Of a stretch of DNA of 64,000 nucleotides, positions 52,569-63,521 are shown piece after piece. Below the pieces are notes generated by a model. It was not told the origin of the DNA. It did not search any database and saw only the letters and a program-made list of their open reading frames with translations. The stretch is from an uncultured cyanobacterium (GTDB taxonomy: Bacteria; Cyanobacteriota; Cyanobacteriia; Cyanobacteriales; Cyanobacteriaceae). Every line of letters begins with the position of its first letter. Within the stretch, counting starts at the first letter, position 1. The position numbers and the translations under genes are program-made. The DNA lies in NCBI GenBank assembly GCA_963710605.1, contig CAVQBA010000004.1, forward strand, positions 864,001-928,000, given 5' to 3'.

Positions 52569-53138
52569 ATGCTTATCGATAAAAATAGTAATTATTCACA
52601 ATTAGAACAGTTATTAAAAAAATACAACATAGATACTAGCAAATGGTGTCATCAGCAAGGAAATAAAACGATCGAACAGTTGCTAATAGAAATTAAAGCA
52701 GGAGAATCCACCCTTAAACTAGTCGAGAAAAAACTAGTCAGAGTTGTTCGAGTTGCCTCGATGAAAGTTAAATTTCAGCTAGGCGATAATTGTTTTCAAC
52801 TGATTGAAGACAAACAAATATTTTTTACAGGCAAAGTGAGAAAAAGAGAATTAGTTACTATTACCGAAAAAATAAAACATGGAGAAAAACCAATTGAAGG
52901 TGCATATAGAGGTTTAGCTGAAGAAATTGGTTTATCTCTAAATGAAGGTTTAATGCTCGAAAATGAATCTCGTTGGCAAAATATTTCACCTAGTTATCCT
53001 AATTTAATTAGTGTTTATAATGTTTTTAATTACTCGATCGTATTAGGTAAAGACGATCTGAAAAAAATTAGATTCTCTGAATATCAAGAAGAAGAAGAAA
53101 TGGTCAATCTTTATACCCTTATACCCTGTGAGAGTTGA
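52569..53138 (+). CDS. Hypothetical protein with a degenerate Nudix-like box
   Basis: GEKPIEGAYRGLAEEIG; SPSYP. Confidence 0.6.
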   Translation: MLIDKNSNYSQLEQLLKKYNIDTSKWCHQQGNKTIEQLLIEIKAGESTLKLVEKKLVRVVRVASMKVKFQLGDNCFQLIEDKQIFFTGKVRKRELVTITEKIKHGEKPIEGAYRGLAEEIGLSLNEGLMLENESRWQNISPSYPNLISVYNVFNYSIVLGKDDLKKIRFSEYQEEEEMVNLYTLIPCES

Positions 53139-53346
53139 GCTAATAAATACATTTCGCAGTTTTTTTTAAGTATTCTTCTGAATATAATTCGATGTCAGTA
53201 ATGATCATACAAATTGTAGTTGAATTAATTAAACGAATTTCCTTAGTCTTGAATGAGAATTCAAAGCAGGTTTAAGACTAAACTGAAGATGAAAAATAAA
53301 TAAAGTATTGATTATTGATTATTGCAATAATGGTGACTAAACGATC

Positions 53347-54063
53347 GTGATAAATGGTAAAAAGTTAGTATCTCTTACTGCCAAAGTATTTCCTGATGCA
53401 GTTTTCTGCCAAAAAATAAAAACTCAAGCTAAAATTATCGCTTTAACTATTGATGATGTACCAGCTAGAGACGATGATAAGGATATATCAACACAAAAAA
53501 TAATAGAAGTCATTGAGCAACATAATCAAAAAGTTGGCACTAACTTTAAAGTAACTTTTTTTGTGACTACCAATCACTTGAGTAAGAATTCTACCATTGT
53601 TGAGAAGATGGCTGAAAAAGGACATGAAATAGGTAATCACGGTAAGTGCGATTGTCGTCACGCTGATTTATCTGCACAACAGTTTGAAGCTGAATTTATC
53701 ACAGCACACCAAATCTTACAGGAAAAAATTAGCCAACCTATTCGCTGGTTTCGTCCTGCCCAAGGCTTTTATAATCACAATATGATTCAGACTCTCAAAA
53801 ATAAAGGGCGACAATTAAATTATCACGATCGATTTGCTCTTGCTTCGATGATTCCTTTTGACACTCGTGAAATATTAGACAACCCTCAATTTACCTTGCA
53901 AAATATCGATCGATTCACATTTTCTGGCTCAATTCTTGTTTTACATGGAGGGTTTAAATATCAAGCTTTGAATACGGTAAAAGTATTAGAAATGTTATTG
54001 CCTCAGTTACATAGTAAAGGATATCAATTAGTTACTCTTTCTGAATTATTTGCAGTTGAATAA
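53347..54063 (+). CDS. Polysaccharide deacetylase (CE4/NodB)
   Basis: ALTIDD, TFF, HEIGNH...H, FRP, ILVLH, GYQLVTLSEL. Confidence 0.9.
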   Translation: MINGKKLVSLTAKVFPDAVFCQKIKTQAKIIALTIDDVPARDDDKDISTQKIIEVIEQHNQKVGTNFKVTFFVTTNHLSKNSTIVEKMAEKGHEIGNHGKCDCRHADLSAQQFEAEFITAHQILQEKISQPIRWFRPAQGFYNHNMIQTLKNKGRQLNYHDRFALASMIPFDTREILDNPQFTLQNIDRFTFSGSILVLHGGFKYQALNTVKVLEMLLPQLHSKGYQLVTLSELFAVE

Positions 54064-54127
54064 ACTTGTAATTATATTTAACGATCGTAATTTAGATGTA
54101 TAGCTATTTTCCGTAACTAAAAAAAAG

Positions 54128-54155
54128 GTAGAGACAAGGCATGCCTTGTCTCTAC
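54128..54155. repeat. Perfect 28-bp GTAG...CTAC palindrome (REP-like)
   Basis: GTAGAGACAAGGCATGCCTTGTCTCTAC. Confidence 0.85.
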
Positions 54156-54736
54156 GAATCTAAAATTTCGGATAAATCTACAGTTAAATTAGGCATAACG
54201 TCTTCTCCTGATAGCGTTTGCGGATTATCTAATATTTCTGTCTCTTTTCCTTGACGATATATTTCCACTTGTTTATCATCGGGATTGATTAACCAACCTA
54301 ATCTCACACCGCAGTTGATGTATTCTTTCATTTTACTTTGTAAATCTTCAAGATTATCAGTCGGACTCATCAGTTCGAGGACAAAATTAGGGTCGATAGG
54401 AGCAAATTTTCTTCTCTGCTGATTGTTTAAACGATTCCAACTATCAATTTTGACCCAGCTAACATCAGGAGAACGCACAGCACCATTAGACAATTTAAAT
54501 CCACCAGAAGAATCAAAAACTTTACCTAATTTATTTTGCTTATTCCAGTTCCAAATTTGTGCCAATAAATCCGAATTTCGTTCGCTAGTCTCGCTACCAG
54601 TAGGAGGCATAATAATTAATTGTCCTGTTGAATTAGTTTCCAAACGAGCAGAAGGATTATCACGAGAAAGAAGCTCAAGCTCACGATCGCTAACTTTATC
54701 GACTAAAGAGGAAAGATTCAATGTAAGAGTAGTCAT
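54152..54736 (-). CDS. Uma2-family endonuclease-like protein
   Basis: GQLIIMPP, FDSSGGF, RSPDVSW, P.FVLELMSP, KMKEY..GVRLGWLINP. Confidence 0.95.
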   Translation of the reverse strand: MTTLTLNLSSLVDKVSDRELELLSRDNPSARLETNSTGQLIIMPPTGSETSERNSDLLAQIWNWNKQNKLGKVFDSSGGFKLSNGAVRSPDVSWVKIDSWNRLNNQQRRKFAPIDPNFVLELMSPTDNLEDLQSKMKEYINCGVRLGWLINPDDKQVEIYRQGKETEILDNPQTLSGEDVMPNLTVDLSEILDS

Positions 54737-54875
54737 AGAATCATTTTAAAGATTGAAATACGGCTATTCTAACCTATATTTTTGGTAGATTGCAATCGCT
54801 TTTTGGTTTCTAGGTGAGGACTAAACTTTTCCTCAACCTTTATCTTCTATATTCTGCTAGTTAAGCAAATATCTC

Positions 54876-54901
54876 GCTAGTTGAGCGGAGTCGAAACTAG
54901 C
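54876..54901. repeat. Small hairpin repeat GCTAGTTGAGCGGAGTCGAAACTAGC
   Basis: GCTAGTT/AACTAGC stem around a GAGCGGAGTCGA core, immediately after the stop of the 1255-aa gene. Confidence 0.6.
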
Positions 54902-54902
54902 C

Positions 54903-57900
54903 TTAAAGTGTAATCGGTGCGATCGGTTCTATGTCAGGATCGTTTCCGCCGATTTGAGTAGTACGTAAAACCCATACCGAAGCATTGTAGTCTAAAAAAG
55001 TTGATACGATCGTATCACTAGCTAAACGAGGTAAAAGGGTACGCCAACTACCTAAACCCGTCACAAGATTTCTTAAAGGAGCGTCTTCTAGGGTACTACC
55101 TAAATTATATTCATTTTCTTGCCAATCAGCACGAGGTGAGCCTAATGGTTGGAGTTGTTTTCTTAAAGCAGTTTGGAGTTGCCTTAATTGTTGGTAACGC
55201 TCAGCTTGTTGAGGATTATCTGATAACCACGATTGTAAAGACTCTTCATTGGTATTAATAGTAAGTTCTAAACTACGCAAACTGGCAAATAAAGCTTGAT
55301 TAGAATCTTGAGAGCAATTGTTAGCCGCTCCAACATAAGTCGCACCAGTGCCGTCACCAATGCGATAACGGGCTGTCATTACTTGTAAATGGCGTAACAT
55401 CAAATTAAGGGCAGAAGTTTTCTTCTCATTGATGTCAAAATTACCCGTGAAAGCATTTTGCTTAATTAAAATATCACAAACAGGACGAGTACCTACCCAG
55501 CCAAATTGTCGATCGCCCATATACCTCGACCAATGTAAAGTTCCTGCAACTAGTCCATCTGTATTGTGTGTATAAACTTGATGGTACTGTATTTCAAAAC
55601 GAAGTTCATCGGCTAAAGGCTCTTTAACTACTGTAGCCAAGCCATAAGCAAAATGACCGAAGAAAATAGGTGCCGCCGCCGCCGGTTCTTTTTTCTCACC
55701 ACCAATACCACCATATACGTGTAACAACAAAGCACGATCGCCTTCTTGCCATTGATTGATTGCACCAGAAACAGATTCTTCTTGGGTACTTAATAATACA
55801 GAACTAACTTGACCTTTTTGATCCAAAATATCTGACCAAGCTTCGTTACGAATGTATTCATAGGCAGACTTACGACCGAATAAAACACGATCGGGTTCTA
55901 ATCTCAAAAGCGATCGAGGTGCTAAAGATTGGACAACAAACGTCCCCGAAGCATCTTTCGCACCATAAATATACCAGCCTATTTCGTTAAGAGGAGATAG
56001 TTGAATATCATTGCTTGTAGAAGGAAAACAACCGTTGAGATCTGCCATAACACGAGGTATTTGGATACTTTCGGTTAAACCATCAAATTGCCCAGAATTA
56101 GAATTGAAATGGACAACTTCAAATCGATCGCTATTTTTTACTGGCTGGATAAACTTGATTAAAGCGTAATAACGTCCTGTAATTTGTACAGGTTGATTAC
56201 GAATGCGAAGTGTTGTTGTCTCTCTCTCAACTTCAATTTCTACCTTATTTTCTAACATCACGATAATATCATCAGTGGGATGAGAACCAGCAAGAGACTC
56301 TAAAGGATCGACTTGTTGCCAGTGATTAATCCGAGATGGATGAATTTGTCCATCGTATTTACTACTATATTGGGCATCAACACTAAAGTGAACGTCTCTT
56401 GTAACTGCTCGTACCTGATTTTGGACTCTTTGGTCATTACTCCAACGTAAATTAACAATTTGCCCGACTAAATGTTCGTAGCCAGTATCGGCGTGATGTA
56501 TTTCAAACAATACTCCTTTAACAGTCGATCGATCTTCTAGTTTAGGTAAAATCAAACGACCAATCCAGTTACCGATCGGTTTATACCAATTCTCATCGAC
56601 TGTTTGCTCAAGAGGATAGTAAGCAGGGTGGTTAAAGTCGGCTTGTTTATATCGTTCGTAGTTACTGGTTTTAGGCGTGATACTATCTTCAATTTCCTCG
56701 ACTATTCTGCCATTAAGAATATTAGTAATTACATCGATCGTTTGTTGTAAGTGGGTACGCCCGTCGGGTAAAATAGCATTAGGATCCATCAAACCATTAG
56801 GAACTTGATGCTCAACAGGACCTAAAGAAATAAAGCTAATTTTACCTTTACGTTTAGCTCGATTCCAATAAGATAAACGAAACACTTGCCAACGTCCGGG
56901 AAAGACGATCGCTCCTATTTTCTCTACTTGATCTTTTTCTCCTGCCAAATGATATAAATGCTCTAATTTGAGTAAATTATTTTTCGCACTCATCACGCCC
57001 CCCAAGGAAATGACATCGATCGGTGTTCCAATCGATCGAAGCAGATAAGGAGCCGCCGCTGTCGCCATTTCTGCCCCACCACTGTATCCAATTAGGGTTA
57101 CAGGGACACCACTACCTGCTTGATAACCTTGTCGGGTTAAACCTTTATAAAGTGTTTGAGCTAGACCTTGATTATAAATTGGACCGTAACGTTTATCCGC
57201 AGATACCGCCACAATTAAAACATTACGTAAATTAACTAAAATACCTAGTAATGCAGTCGGGTTAGCCCAACGTGTTTTGTCTGCTAGTTTCCACAGGAAT
57301 GCCAAAGGGCGGTTTTGAACGAGTGGTTTATTCAACACAGAATACATCATCAATCCTTCTACTAATTCCATATCCTCAGGTAAAATGGACTTTAATTCTT
57401 GGATAAAATCTGCTACATCGGGAGTGTATTCCTGCCCAGATTGTCCGATACCATCCAAATAAATTAGGTAACGGGAAACGGATTTATCTCTCTTTTTCGG
57501 CGATTCTGGTACGACATCTGTATCACTGGTATCAAGTTCATCGTTATACCATCCTGCCCACCAACCGAGGGTTTCTAAAGGTGCTAACAATCCGGCAAAA
57601 ATTATGGCAATTAAACCAATCCAAATAAGGTTATAAATAAGTCTTAAAAATTCGGGTACGCTATCATACCAAACGAATATATTGCTACGAATCGGTTGTA
57701 GAGAAATAGCGATCGCTACAAAAAACACGACCATAGCTAATATACTAAGTACTGTGGCAGTTTTAGAAAAGCTATTCGGCGCTCGAGAATTTTGTTTTTT
57801 AGATGAAGATAAATCGATCGGTTTATTTTGTTTGGGCGTTGTCGCAGTTGTGGAAGTAGTGGAAGTATTCGCAGTTGTCGGTTGGTTGGCTACAAATCGA

Positions 57901-58670
57901 TTAACGTTTGGCGTTTTTGGAAAGTTAGCGGATGAGGAAGAGGAGGAAGAAAAAGAAGAAGAAGAAGTCTGACTAACAGTTTGAGGTAAAGGCAAATATG
58001 TTTGTGTAGTTGTCTCCATTGGTGAGGATAATTGCTCGATACCAGATTGCAAAATTTGTAATAATTCTTGTTTGTTATCGGCTAAATCAACTTTGGCTAC
58101 TCCCTCGGCAATTTTACGCCCAAAAAGTGCGATCGGTTGCCCTATTGTATTTTCTAGTGTTTCTTTAACAAACCAACCTAAAGCAACGTAACAAAAAGCG
58201 ATCGGTGTTGATGTATCGGCAACGATCGAAAATCCTACCACCATTGCTAACAGATGCAAGACTGACAAAATAGATAAAATTGGTTTTCCCAAATAAGGTA
58301 AAGCACTCAAAAAACTAAATAGTATGGGGATATAGCTTAAGCCAAAAACTTTTAATAATGTTGTTAATGTTATCGGTTGCGGTAGAAAAAGTTGACACAT
58401 CAACCAAGTGCTAATGACGAGGAATAAAAATCCAAAGACATATAAAACTGCGTTAAGTAAAAGACTGAAAACAAAACGCACGGGCTTAACACGATTGATA
58501 AAAAGAATCACACATTCACCAATAGCTAAAGACAAACCCGCAATTAGTACAATTAGTAATGCGACAATCAAACCATTACCAACCAGATCGATTTGTTGAA
58601 AAACTTCCGCCCTCAGTTGAAATACTCCGTTGATAAATTCCTTAATTGAGAGCGAGTCGATCGTATTCAT
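54903..58670 (-). CDS. Large multidomain membrane protein (Yip1-like TMs, alpha/beta-hydrolase-like domain, large C-terminal domain)
   Basis: 1255-aa ORF with N-terminal TM helices, Ser/Thr linker, YLDGI, IGYSGG, FGHFAYG and NNCSQDS. Confidence 0.75.
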   Translation of the reverse strand: MNTIDSLSIKEFINGVFQLRAEVFQQIDLVGNGLIVALLIVLIAGLSLAIGECVILFINRVKPVRFVFSLLLNAVLYVFGFLFLVISTWLMCQLFLPQPITLTTLLKVFGLSYIPILFSFLSALPYLGKPILSILSVLHLLAMVVGFSIVADTSTPIAFCYVALGWFVKETLENTIGQPIALFGRKIAEGVAKVDLADNKQELLQILQSGIEQLSSPMETTTQTYLPLPQTVSQTSSSSFSSSSSSSANFPKTPNVNRFVANQPTTANTSTTSTTATTPKQNKPIDLSSSKKQNSRAPNSFSKTATVLSILAMVVFFVAIAISLQPIRSNIFVWYDSVPEFLRLIYNLIWIGLIAIIFAGLLAPLETLGWWAGWYNDELDTSDTDVVPESPKKRDKSVSRYLIYLDGIGQSGQEYTPDVADFIQELKSILPEDMELVEGLMMYSVLNKPLVQNRPLAFLWKLADKTRWANPTALLGILVNLRNVLIVAVSADKRYGPIYNQGLAQTLYKGLTRQGYQAGSGVPVTLIGYSGGAEMATAAAPYLLRSIGTPIDVISLGGVMSAKNNLLKLEHLYHLAGEKDQVEKIGAIVFPGRWQVFRLSYWNRAKRKGKISFISLGPVEHQVPNGLMDPNAILPDGRTHLQQTIDVITNILNGRIVEEIEDSITPKTSNYERYKQADFNHPAYYPLEQTVDENWYKPIGNWIGRLILPKLEDRSTVKGVLFEIHHADTGYEHLVGQIVNLRWSNDQRVQNQVRAVTRDVHFSVDAQYSSKYDGQIHPSRINHWQQVDPLESLAGSHPTDDIIVMLENKVEIEVERETTTLRIRNQPVQITGRYYALIKFIQPVKNSDRFEVVHFNSNSGQFDGLTESIQIPRVMADLNGCFPSTSNDIQLSPLNEIGWYIYGAKDASGTFVVQSLAPRSLLRLEPDRVLFGRKSAYEYIRNEAWSDILDQKGQVSSVLLSTQEESVSGAINQWQEGDRALLLHVYGGIGGEKKEPAAAAPIFFGHFAYGLATVVKEPLADELRFEIQYHQVYTHNTDGLVAGTLHWSRYMGDRQFGWVGTRPVCDILIKQNAFTGNFDINEKKTSALNLMLRHLQVMTARYRIGDGTGATYVGAANNCSQDSNQALFASLRSLELTINTNEESLQSWLSDNPQQAERYQQLRQLQTALRKQLQPLGSPRADWQENEYNLGSTLEDAPLRNLVTGLGSWRTLLPRLASDTIVSTFLDYNASVWVLRTTQIGGNDPDIEPIAPITL

Positions 58671-59113
58671 AGTTTTTCAGGCTTAATTGATGAAAAATTC
58701 TCTGACCATACATATTTTTACAGGAATTTAACCATAAATACAAATTATCGGATTTTGCTCTTAATCAAAAATAGTTAATTAATTTCTTAGCTAAAAAATA
58801 TCTTACTTTTTAAATAACTATTAGCTTAAAGCTATTTGAAGATGATCAAATCTGTAGTCGTAACTGATGACAATCACTTAGTCTGTAGCTTATCTTAAAC
58901 AATAATGCTATTATCCTAATAAATTTTTTTCGCTATATGATGATATAGGTAACTACTAACTACTAACAGCAGTTTTAGGTAATTTACCTAAACTATCAGG
59001 GCAAGAAGATGTGGTGAGATTAACACTTTCAACATCTTATTTAACTAGATTACTGGTTGTCTCAATTTCTGCCATGTAGCTGTAATAGTAGCAATAGAAA
59101 AATAACTACTTAT

Positions 59114-59710
59114 ATGAACAAAGAAATCAAAATTAGACTAGGGCAAGAAAAAGATTTAGACGCAGTGATGGAGATAAATAAGTTAGCTCTAAAACAACTT
59201 TGGAGTATAGATCAATATCGAAGAGAATTAAGTTTACCCAATAGTCGATTCTGGTTACTGTGCTTGAATGATAGCCAAACTAATACAGAAGAAATTGTGG
59301 GGATGGGTTGCTCTCGTGTAATTGCTTCTAATATAGAAATTCCTTTTTTTGCGATTCATCCAAATTATCAATCTAAAGGTTTTGGTCAATATTTTTTCGC
59401 TTGGTTACTTGATAGTCTTACTCATCATCAATTACGTTATACCAGATTAGAAGTTAAAGAATCAAACCAAAAAGCGATCGATTTTTATCAAAAGTTTGAT
59501 TTTCAAATTATAAATAAATCCGTTCGTAACTATAAATCTAATCAAGAAAATGGTTATCAAATGATGTCACCTTCTTTAATTAGTGATTCATTTCAACAAA
59601 ATTTGAATACTTTCCTTGAAGATTTTTCCGAAAATTTACAACAGCAAGGCTTTACTATCACTAAAAAAGTCAAAAAAACAACACCCAAACAAATGGTAGC
59701 GAATAGATAA
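59114..59710 (+). CDS. RimI-like GNAT acetyltransferase (likely start 59114)
   Basis: WS...EL, AIHPNYQSKGFG, LEVKESNQKAIDFYQKFDF. Confidence 0.8.
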   Translation: MNKEIKIRLGQEKDLDAVMEINKLALKQLWSIDQYRRELSLPNSRFWLLCLNDSQTNTEEIVGMGCSRVIASNIEIPFFAIHPNYQSKGFGQYFFAWLLDSLTHHQLRYTRLEVKESNQKAIDFYQKFDFQIINKSVRNYKSNQENGYQMMSPSLISDSFQQNLNTFLEDFSENLQQQGFTITKKVKKTTPKQMVANR

Positions 59711-59802
59711 TAATTAAGCATTAATATTTTTTATTTGTTGCTGACTACTTTGAGGCTTGATTCTTCATCTGTTTTATCTCTTGTCTTCTTACTTATTCAT
59801 TT

Positions 59803-60621
59803 ATGTTGATGGAATTTGACCGATTAACTTTTGCCTATACTTCAACTCAACCGCCAATTGTTGAGCAGTTTTCTTTACAAATGAAGACTAAACAAAGATA
59901 TGCTTTAATCGGTCACAATGGTTGTGGTAAGACGACTTTGTTACGTTTAGCTAATGGTTTGTATCAACCGAGTCAAGGAAAAATTTGTTTAGAAGAAAAA
60001 CCGCTTAAATACGATCGAGTTTCTTTAGCTAAATGGCGACAAAATATTGGCTTGGTGTTTCAAAATCCTGAACAACAATTAGTAGCGACAACTGTAGAAG
60101 AAGATTTAGCTTATGGATTATCTAATTTAGGTTTACCTCATACAGAAATTAAACAAAGAGTCGATCGAACTCTTCAAGAATTTGATTTAAGTGAGTTAGC
60201 TGATTTTCCTGTTAATTATCTTAGTTTAGGACAAAAAAAAAGATTAGCGATCGCTGATGTGATGATTATGCAACCTCTCATCTTACTCTTAGATGAACCA
60301 ACTGCATATCTTGATCCTTCACAGACTAAACAATTACATCATAAGTTAGAACAGATTTATCAACAAGGAACAACAATTTTAATAGCGACTCATAACCTAG
60401 ATTTTGTTTATAGTTGGGCAGATTGGTTATTTGTGATGAATCAAGGCAAACTAGTAATTGAAGGTACACCAGCCCAAGTATTCACACAACAAAAATTATT
60501 AAAACAACTACATTTAGATATCCCGACTATACTAAAAGTAATTCGTCAACTTAAACAGACTCAAGAGAATCTATCACAACTAAATCCTGAACAAATCAGA
60601 ACTATTTTTCGAGATTGCTAA
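59803..60621 (+). CDS. ECF-type (CbiO-like) ABC ATPase
   Basis: [34 protein letters not shown]. Confidence 0.88.
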   Translation: MLMEFDRLTFAYTSTQPPIVEQFSLQMKTKQRYALIGHNGCGKTTLLRLANGLYQPSQGKICLEEKPLKYDRVSLAKWRQNIGLVFQNPEQQLVATTVEEDLAYGLSNLGLPHTEIKQRVDRTLQEFDLSELADFPVNYLSLGQKKRLAIADVMIMQPLILLLDEPTAYLDPSQTKQLHHKLEQIYQQGTTILIATHNLDFVYSWADWLFVMNQGKLVIEGTPAQVFTQQKLLKQLHLDIPTILKVIRQLKQTQENLSQLNPEQIRTIFRDC

Positions 60622-60853
60622 CAAAACGATGAGCTACTGTTTCAGGTTGAATAGCGGATAAAACAACATGATTTGAATCGGTTACTATCACCGCTCTTGT
60701 TCTTCTACCGTATGTAGCGTCGATTAATTGACCTTTATCTCTAGCATCACCAATAATACGTTTAATCGGGGCTGATTCTGGGCTAACGATTGCAATCACT
60801 CTATTTGCCGCTACGATATTACCAAAACCGATATTAATTAATTGAATATCCAT
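60602..60853 (-). CDS. remA: RemA / DUF370 protein
   Basis: LINIGFGN...SPESAPIKR...[12 protein letters not shown]...LSAIQPETV. Confidence 0.95.
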   Translation of the reverse strand: MDIQLINIGFGNIVAANRVIAIVSPESAPIKRIIGDARDKGQLIDATYGRRTRAVIVTDSNHVVLSAIQPETVAHRFVSNLEK

Positions 60854-61209
60854 AGATGATGACGCTAATTAAAATCTGTTAAAACACCTCTATCTTATCT
60901 TCAAATTTTGATAATAACAATTATTTTGAGCTTATTTCAGGGAAATTTGACATTTAATCCTGATTAACTAACAAATACTCGTTTACACTCTAATATACGA
61001 TAATTATTGATTATATATTTTATTAATAATTAACAATTTATAGCGAATCAAGATAAATAGTTAAGATGAATTAGTTCGAGTACGCAATTATTCGGGGAGT
61101 ATTAAAAATACTTTTCAATGATTCACTGTTGTCTGTTCACAATTACCTGTTTTCTCATTTTCAAGATAAAATCGATTAATAATGGAAGTAATTATAAAGA
61201 TAGACAATT

Positions 61210-62082
61210 GTGGCAGTTAAACCAGAATGGCTAAGAGTGAAAGCACCTCAAATTCAAAGAGTAGGTAGCGTCAAAGATATTTTAAGAGACTTAGAATTAA
61301 ATACAGTTTGTGAAGAAGCATCTTGCCCGAATATCGGAGAATGTTTTAATGCCGGTACAGCTACATTTTTAATTATGGGGCCAGCTTGTACTCGTGCTTG
61401 TCCTTATTGTGACATTGATTTTGATAAAACACCTAGAGGATTAGATTCTACCGAGCCTTTACGTCTAGCTCAAGCCGTCAAAAGATTAAAACTAAATCAT
61501 GTAGTGATAACCTCTGTAAATCGAGATGATTTAGCCGATGGTGGTGCGAGTCAGTTTGTTGCCTGTATCAAAGAAATTCGTATCTCTTCGCCTCAAACAA
61601 CGATCGAGGTTTTAATTCCTGATTTATGTGGTAATTGGTCAGCTTTAGCTACTATTTTAGAAGCCGAACCAGAAGTCTTAAACCATAATACGGAAACTGT
61701 GCCACGATTGTACCGTAAAGTAAGACCACAAGGTAAATACGATCGTTCTTTAGAATTATTACAACAAACCAGAGCAATTTCAAGTAAAGTTTATACTAAG
61801 TCTGGCATCATGGTTGGTTTAGGGGAAACAGATGCTGAAGTGAAGGAAGTAATGGATGAGTTGAGAAAAGTAGATTGTGATATTATTACGATCGGGCAAT
61901 ATTTACAACCTTCTTCAAATCACTTATTAGTCAAAGAATTTGTCACCCCCGAACAATTTGACAGTTGGCGTCAATACGGGGAAACGATCGGCTTTTTGCA
62001 AGTAGTCTCCACACCTTTAACCCGTAGCTCATATCATGCAGAAGAAGTAAAAAAATTGATGAAACTTCATCCTCGTGATTAA
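61210..62082 (+). CDS. lipA: Lipoyl synthase
   Basis: [24 protein letters not shown]. Confidence 0.97.
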   Translation: MAVKPEWLRVKAPQIQRVGSVKDILRDLELNTVCEEASCPNIGECFNAGTATFLIMGPACTRACPYCDIDFDKTPRGLDSTEPLRLAQAVKRLKLNHVVITSVNRDDLADGGASQFVACIKEIRISSPQTTIEVLIPDLCGNWSALATILEAEPEVLNHNTETVPRLYRKVRPQGKYDRSLELLQQTRAISSKVYTKSGIMVGLGETDAEVKEVMDELRKVDCDIITIGQYLQPSSNHLLVKEFVTPEQFDSWRQYGETIGFLQVVSTPLTRSSYHAEEVKKLMKLHPRD

Positions 62083-62366
62083 AGATAAAAATATCAAGGA
62101 GGAAAAAAGAGTAACTATTGACAATCAATTTTTCTTCGTTATTCGATCGTTCGCACTTGATAGCAAAAAATGAGTAGATTAGAATATTTTGCTTTTTTTC
62201 CCTTTTTCAAAACAAAGGTTAGGGGTGGTTACAAAGTACTAAATAAACCATTAGTTGCTATATCTATTCACTGTCAATGGTGCTACACCTACTTGATTTT
62301 TAGTTAAAAAGTTTTATTTACCAATAGAATGATAATAGTAGTACAAATAACAAACGAAATTTAATA

Positions 62367-63194
62367 ATGTTTAAAAGAATATTAGCTCTTTGTTTTTCTT
62401 TAGTGTTCAGCTTCTTGTGTTTTCTGCCGAATGCCAATGCCGCAGTAACTGCGTCTAACCAATTAAGCGGTAAATATCCTGTTCAACAAGCCAGTATTGA
62501 TGATTCTGATGGGGAATACACCCTCATGTTACTCAATACTCCTGCTGGAACTAGTCCTGTTTTGAAAACCAATGATTTACAAATGGCTAGGTTAACTGAT
62601 GAAGAAGTCTCTGAAGGCGAAGAAACCTACGTTGAAATTAAAGGTAATAATGCAGTAATGCACCTCAGCGAAGATTTTCGGATTGAGTATGTCCACAACG
62701 AAACTCAAGTGGTTGAAAATCCGAATACGGGCAGACAAGAAACAGTAGTAGTTAGAAGAGAATCAAATTTTTGGACTCCTTTTGCTGGTATGATTGCCGG
62801 ACAAGCGATCGGTAATATGTTGTTTGCTCCTCGTTATTATATGCCTCCTGCTTACTCATCTGGTAGAACTTTAACCGGTGTTGGTGGTTATGGTAATACT
62901 TACAATCAAGCGGCGAGAAGTTACCGTAGTAGTCATAACGAGCCACATTCGATCGAAAAAAATCGTCGTACATTCCGTAGTACAGGTAGTCTCAAATCTA
63001 ATAGTAGAGGATTAAATAAATCTGCTAGAGGAGGAATGAAAGCAACTGGTTCGGGTTTCGGCTCAAGTAATCTTAGAACTAACGGTAACTCTAATCGTAT
63101 GAGACAATCTGCTCGTGGTAATAGTTTTGGTACAGGTTCAAGTAATTTCCGTCGCCGTGCACCAATGAGAAGAAGTTTTGGTCGTCGTCGTTAA
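62367..63194 (+). CDS. Exported hypothetical protein with an Arg/Gly/Ser-rich tail
   Basis: Signal peptide ending ANA; FWTPFAGMIAGQAIG; basic low-complexity C-terminus. Confidence 0.75.
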   Translation: MFKRILALCFSLVFSFLCFLPNANAAVTASNQLSGKYPVQQASIDDSDGEYTLMLLNTPAGTSPVLKTNDLQMARLTDEEVSEGEETYVEIKGNNAVMHLSEDFRIEYVHNETQVVENPNTGRQETVVVRRESNFWTPFAGMIAGQAIGNMLFAPRYYMPPAYSSGRTLTGVGGYGNTYNQAARSYRSSHNEPHSIEKNRRTFRSTGSLKSNSRGLNKSARGGMKATGSGFGSSNLRTNGNSNRMRQSARGNSFGTGSSNFRRRAPMRRSFGRRR

Positions 63195-63416
63195 GAATTA
63201 AGAGTTAATTTAATTATCAATTATTCTTTTTTCTTCTTACCTTGTATTTGAATATAGCCACTGAATCAATTTAAACAAGCTCCTCTAATTTAATCAAGTT
63301 AGTTGGGCTTGTCTTTTTATGAGCAATAAGTTTCAAGACATTATCATCAACACATTAAATCATAAAATTACTAAAAAAATAATTGTTATAGTTGTTTTAA
63401 TTAAGATTGCAACACT

Positions 63417-63467
63417 AACCTTGAATTGAAATTCAAGGCTAATAAATATCGTTTAATCAATTAAACT
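63417..63467. repeat. Double-hairpin dispersed repeat, copy 2
   Basis: AACCTTGAATTGAAATTCAAGGCT...GTTTAATCAATTAAAC. Confidence 0.7.
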
Positions 63468-63521
63468 TAATGATTTAACTGTATCATTCTTGTTTTAAAT
63501 TACTATAATTATTCCTCATTA

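Noticed and set aside
54152-54736. Uma2 gene as a defence system
   Set aside because: Uma2 paralogues are abundant in cyanobacteria, and no partner gene is evident.
57930-57968. GAA/GAG microsatellite
   Set aside because: Simply encodes the poly-Ser linker of the 1255-aa protein.
1621-62973. Short alternative-frame and antisense ORFs in the track (e.g. 1621, 5746, 6076, 15451, 16612, 32392, 36828, 54423, 57682, 62752)
   Set aside because: Shadows of well-supported genes with no recognisable motifs.
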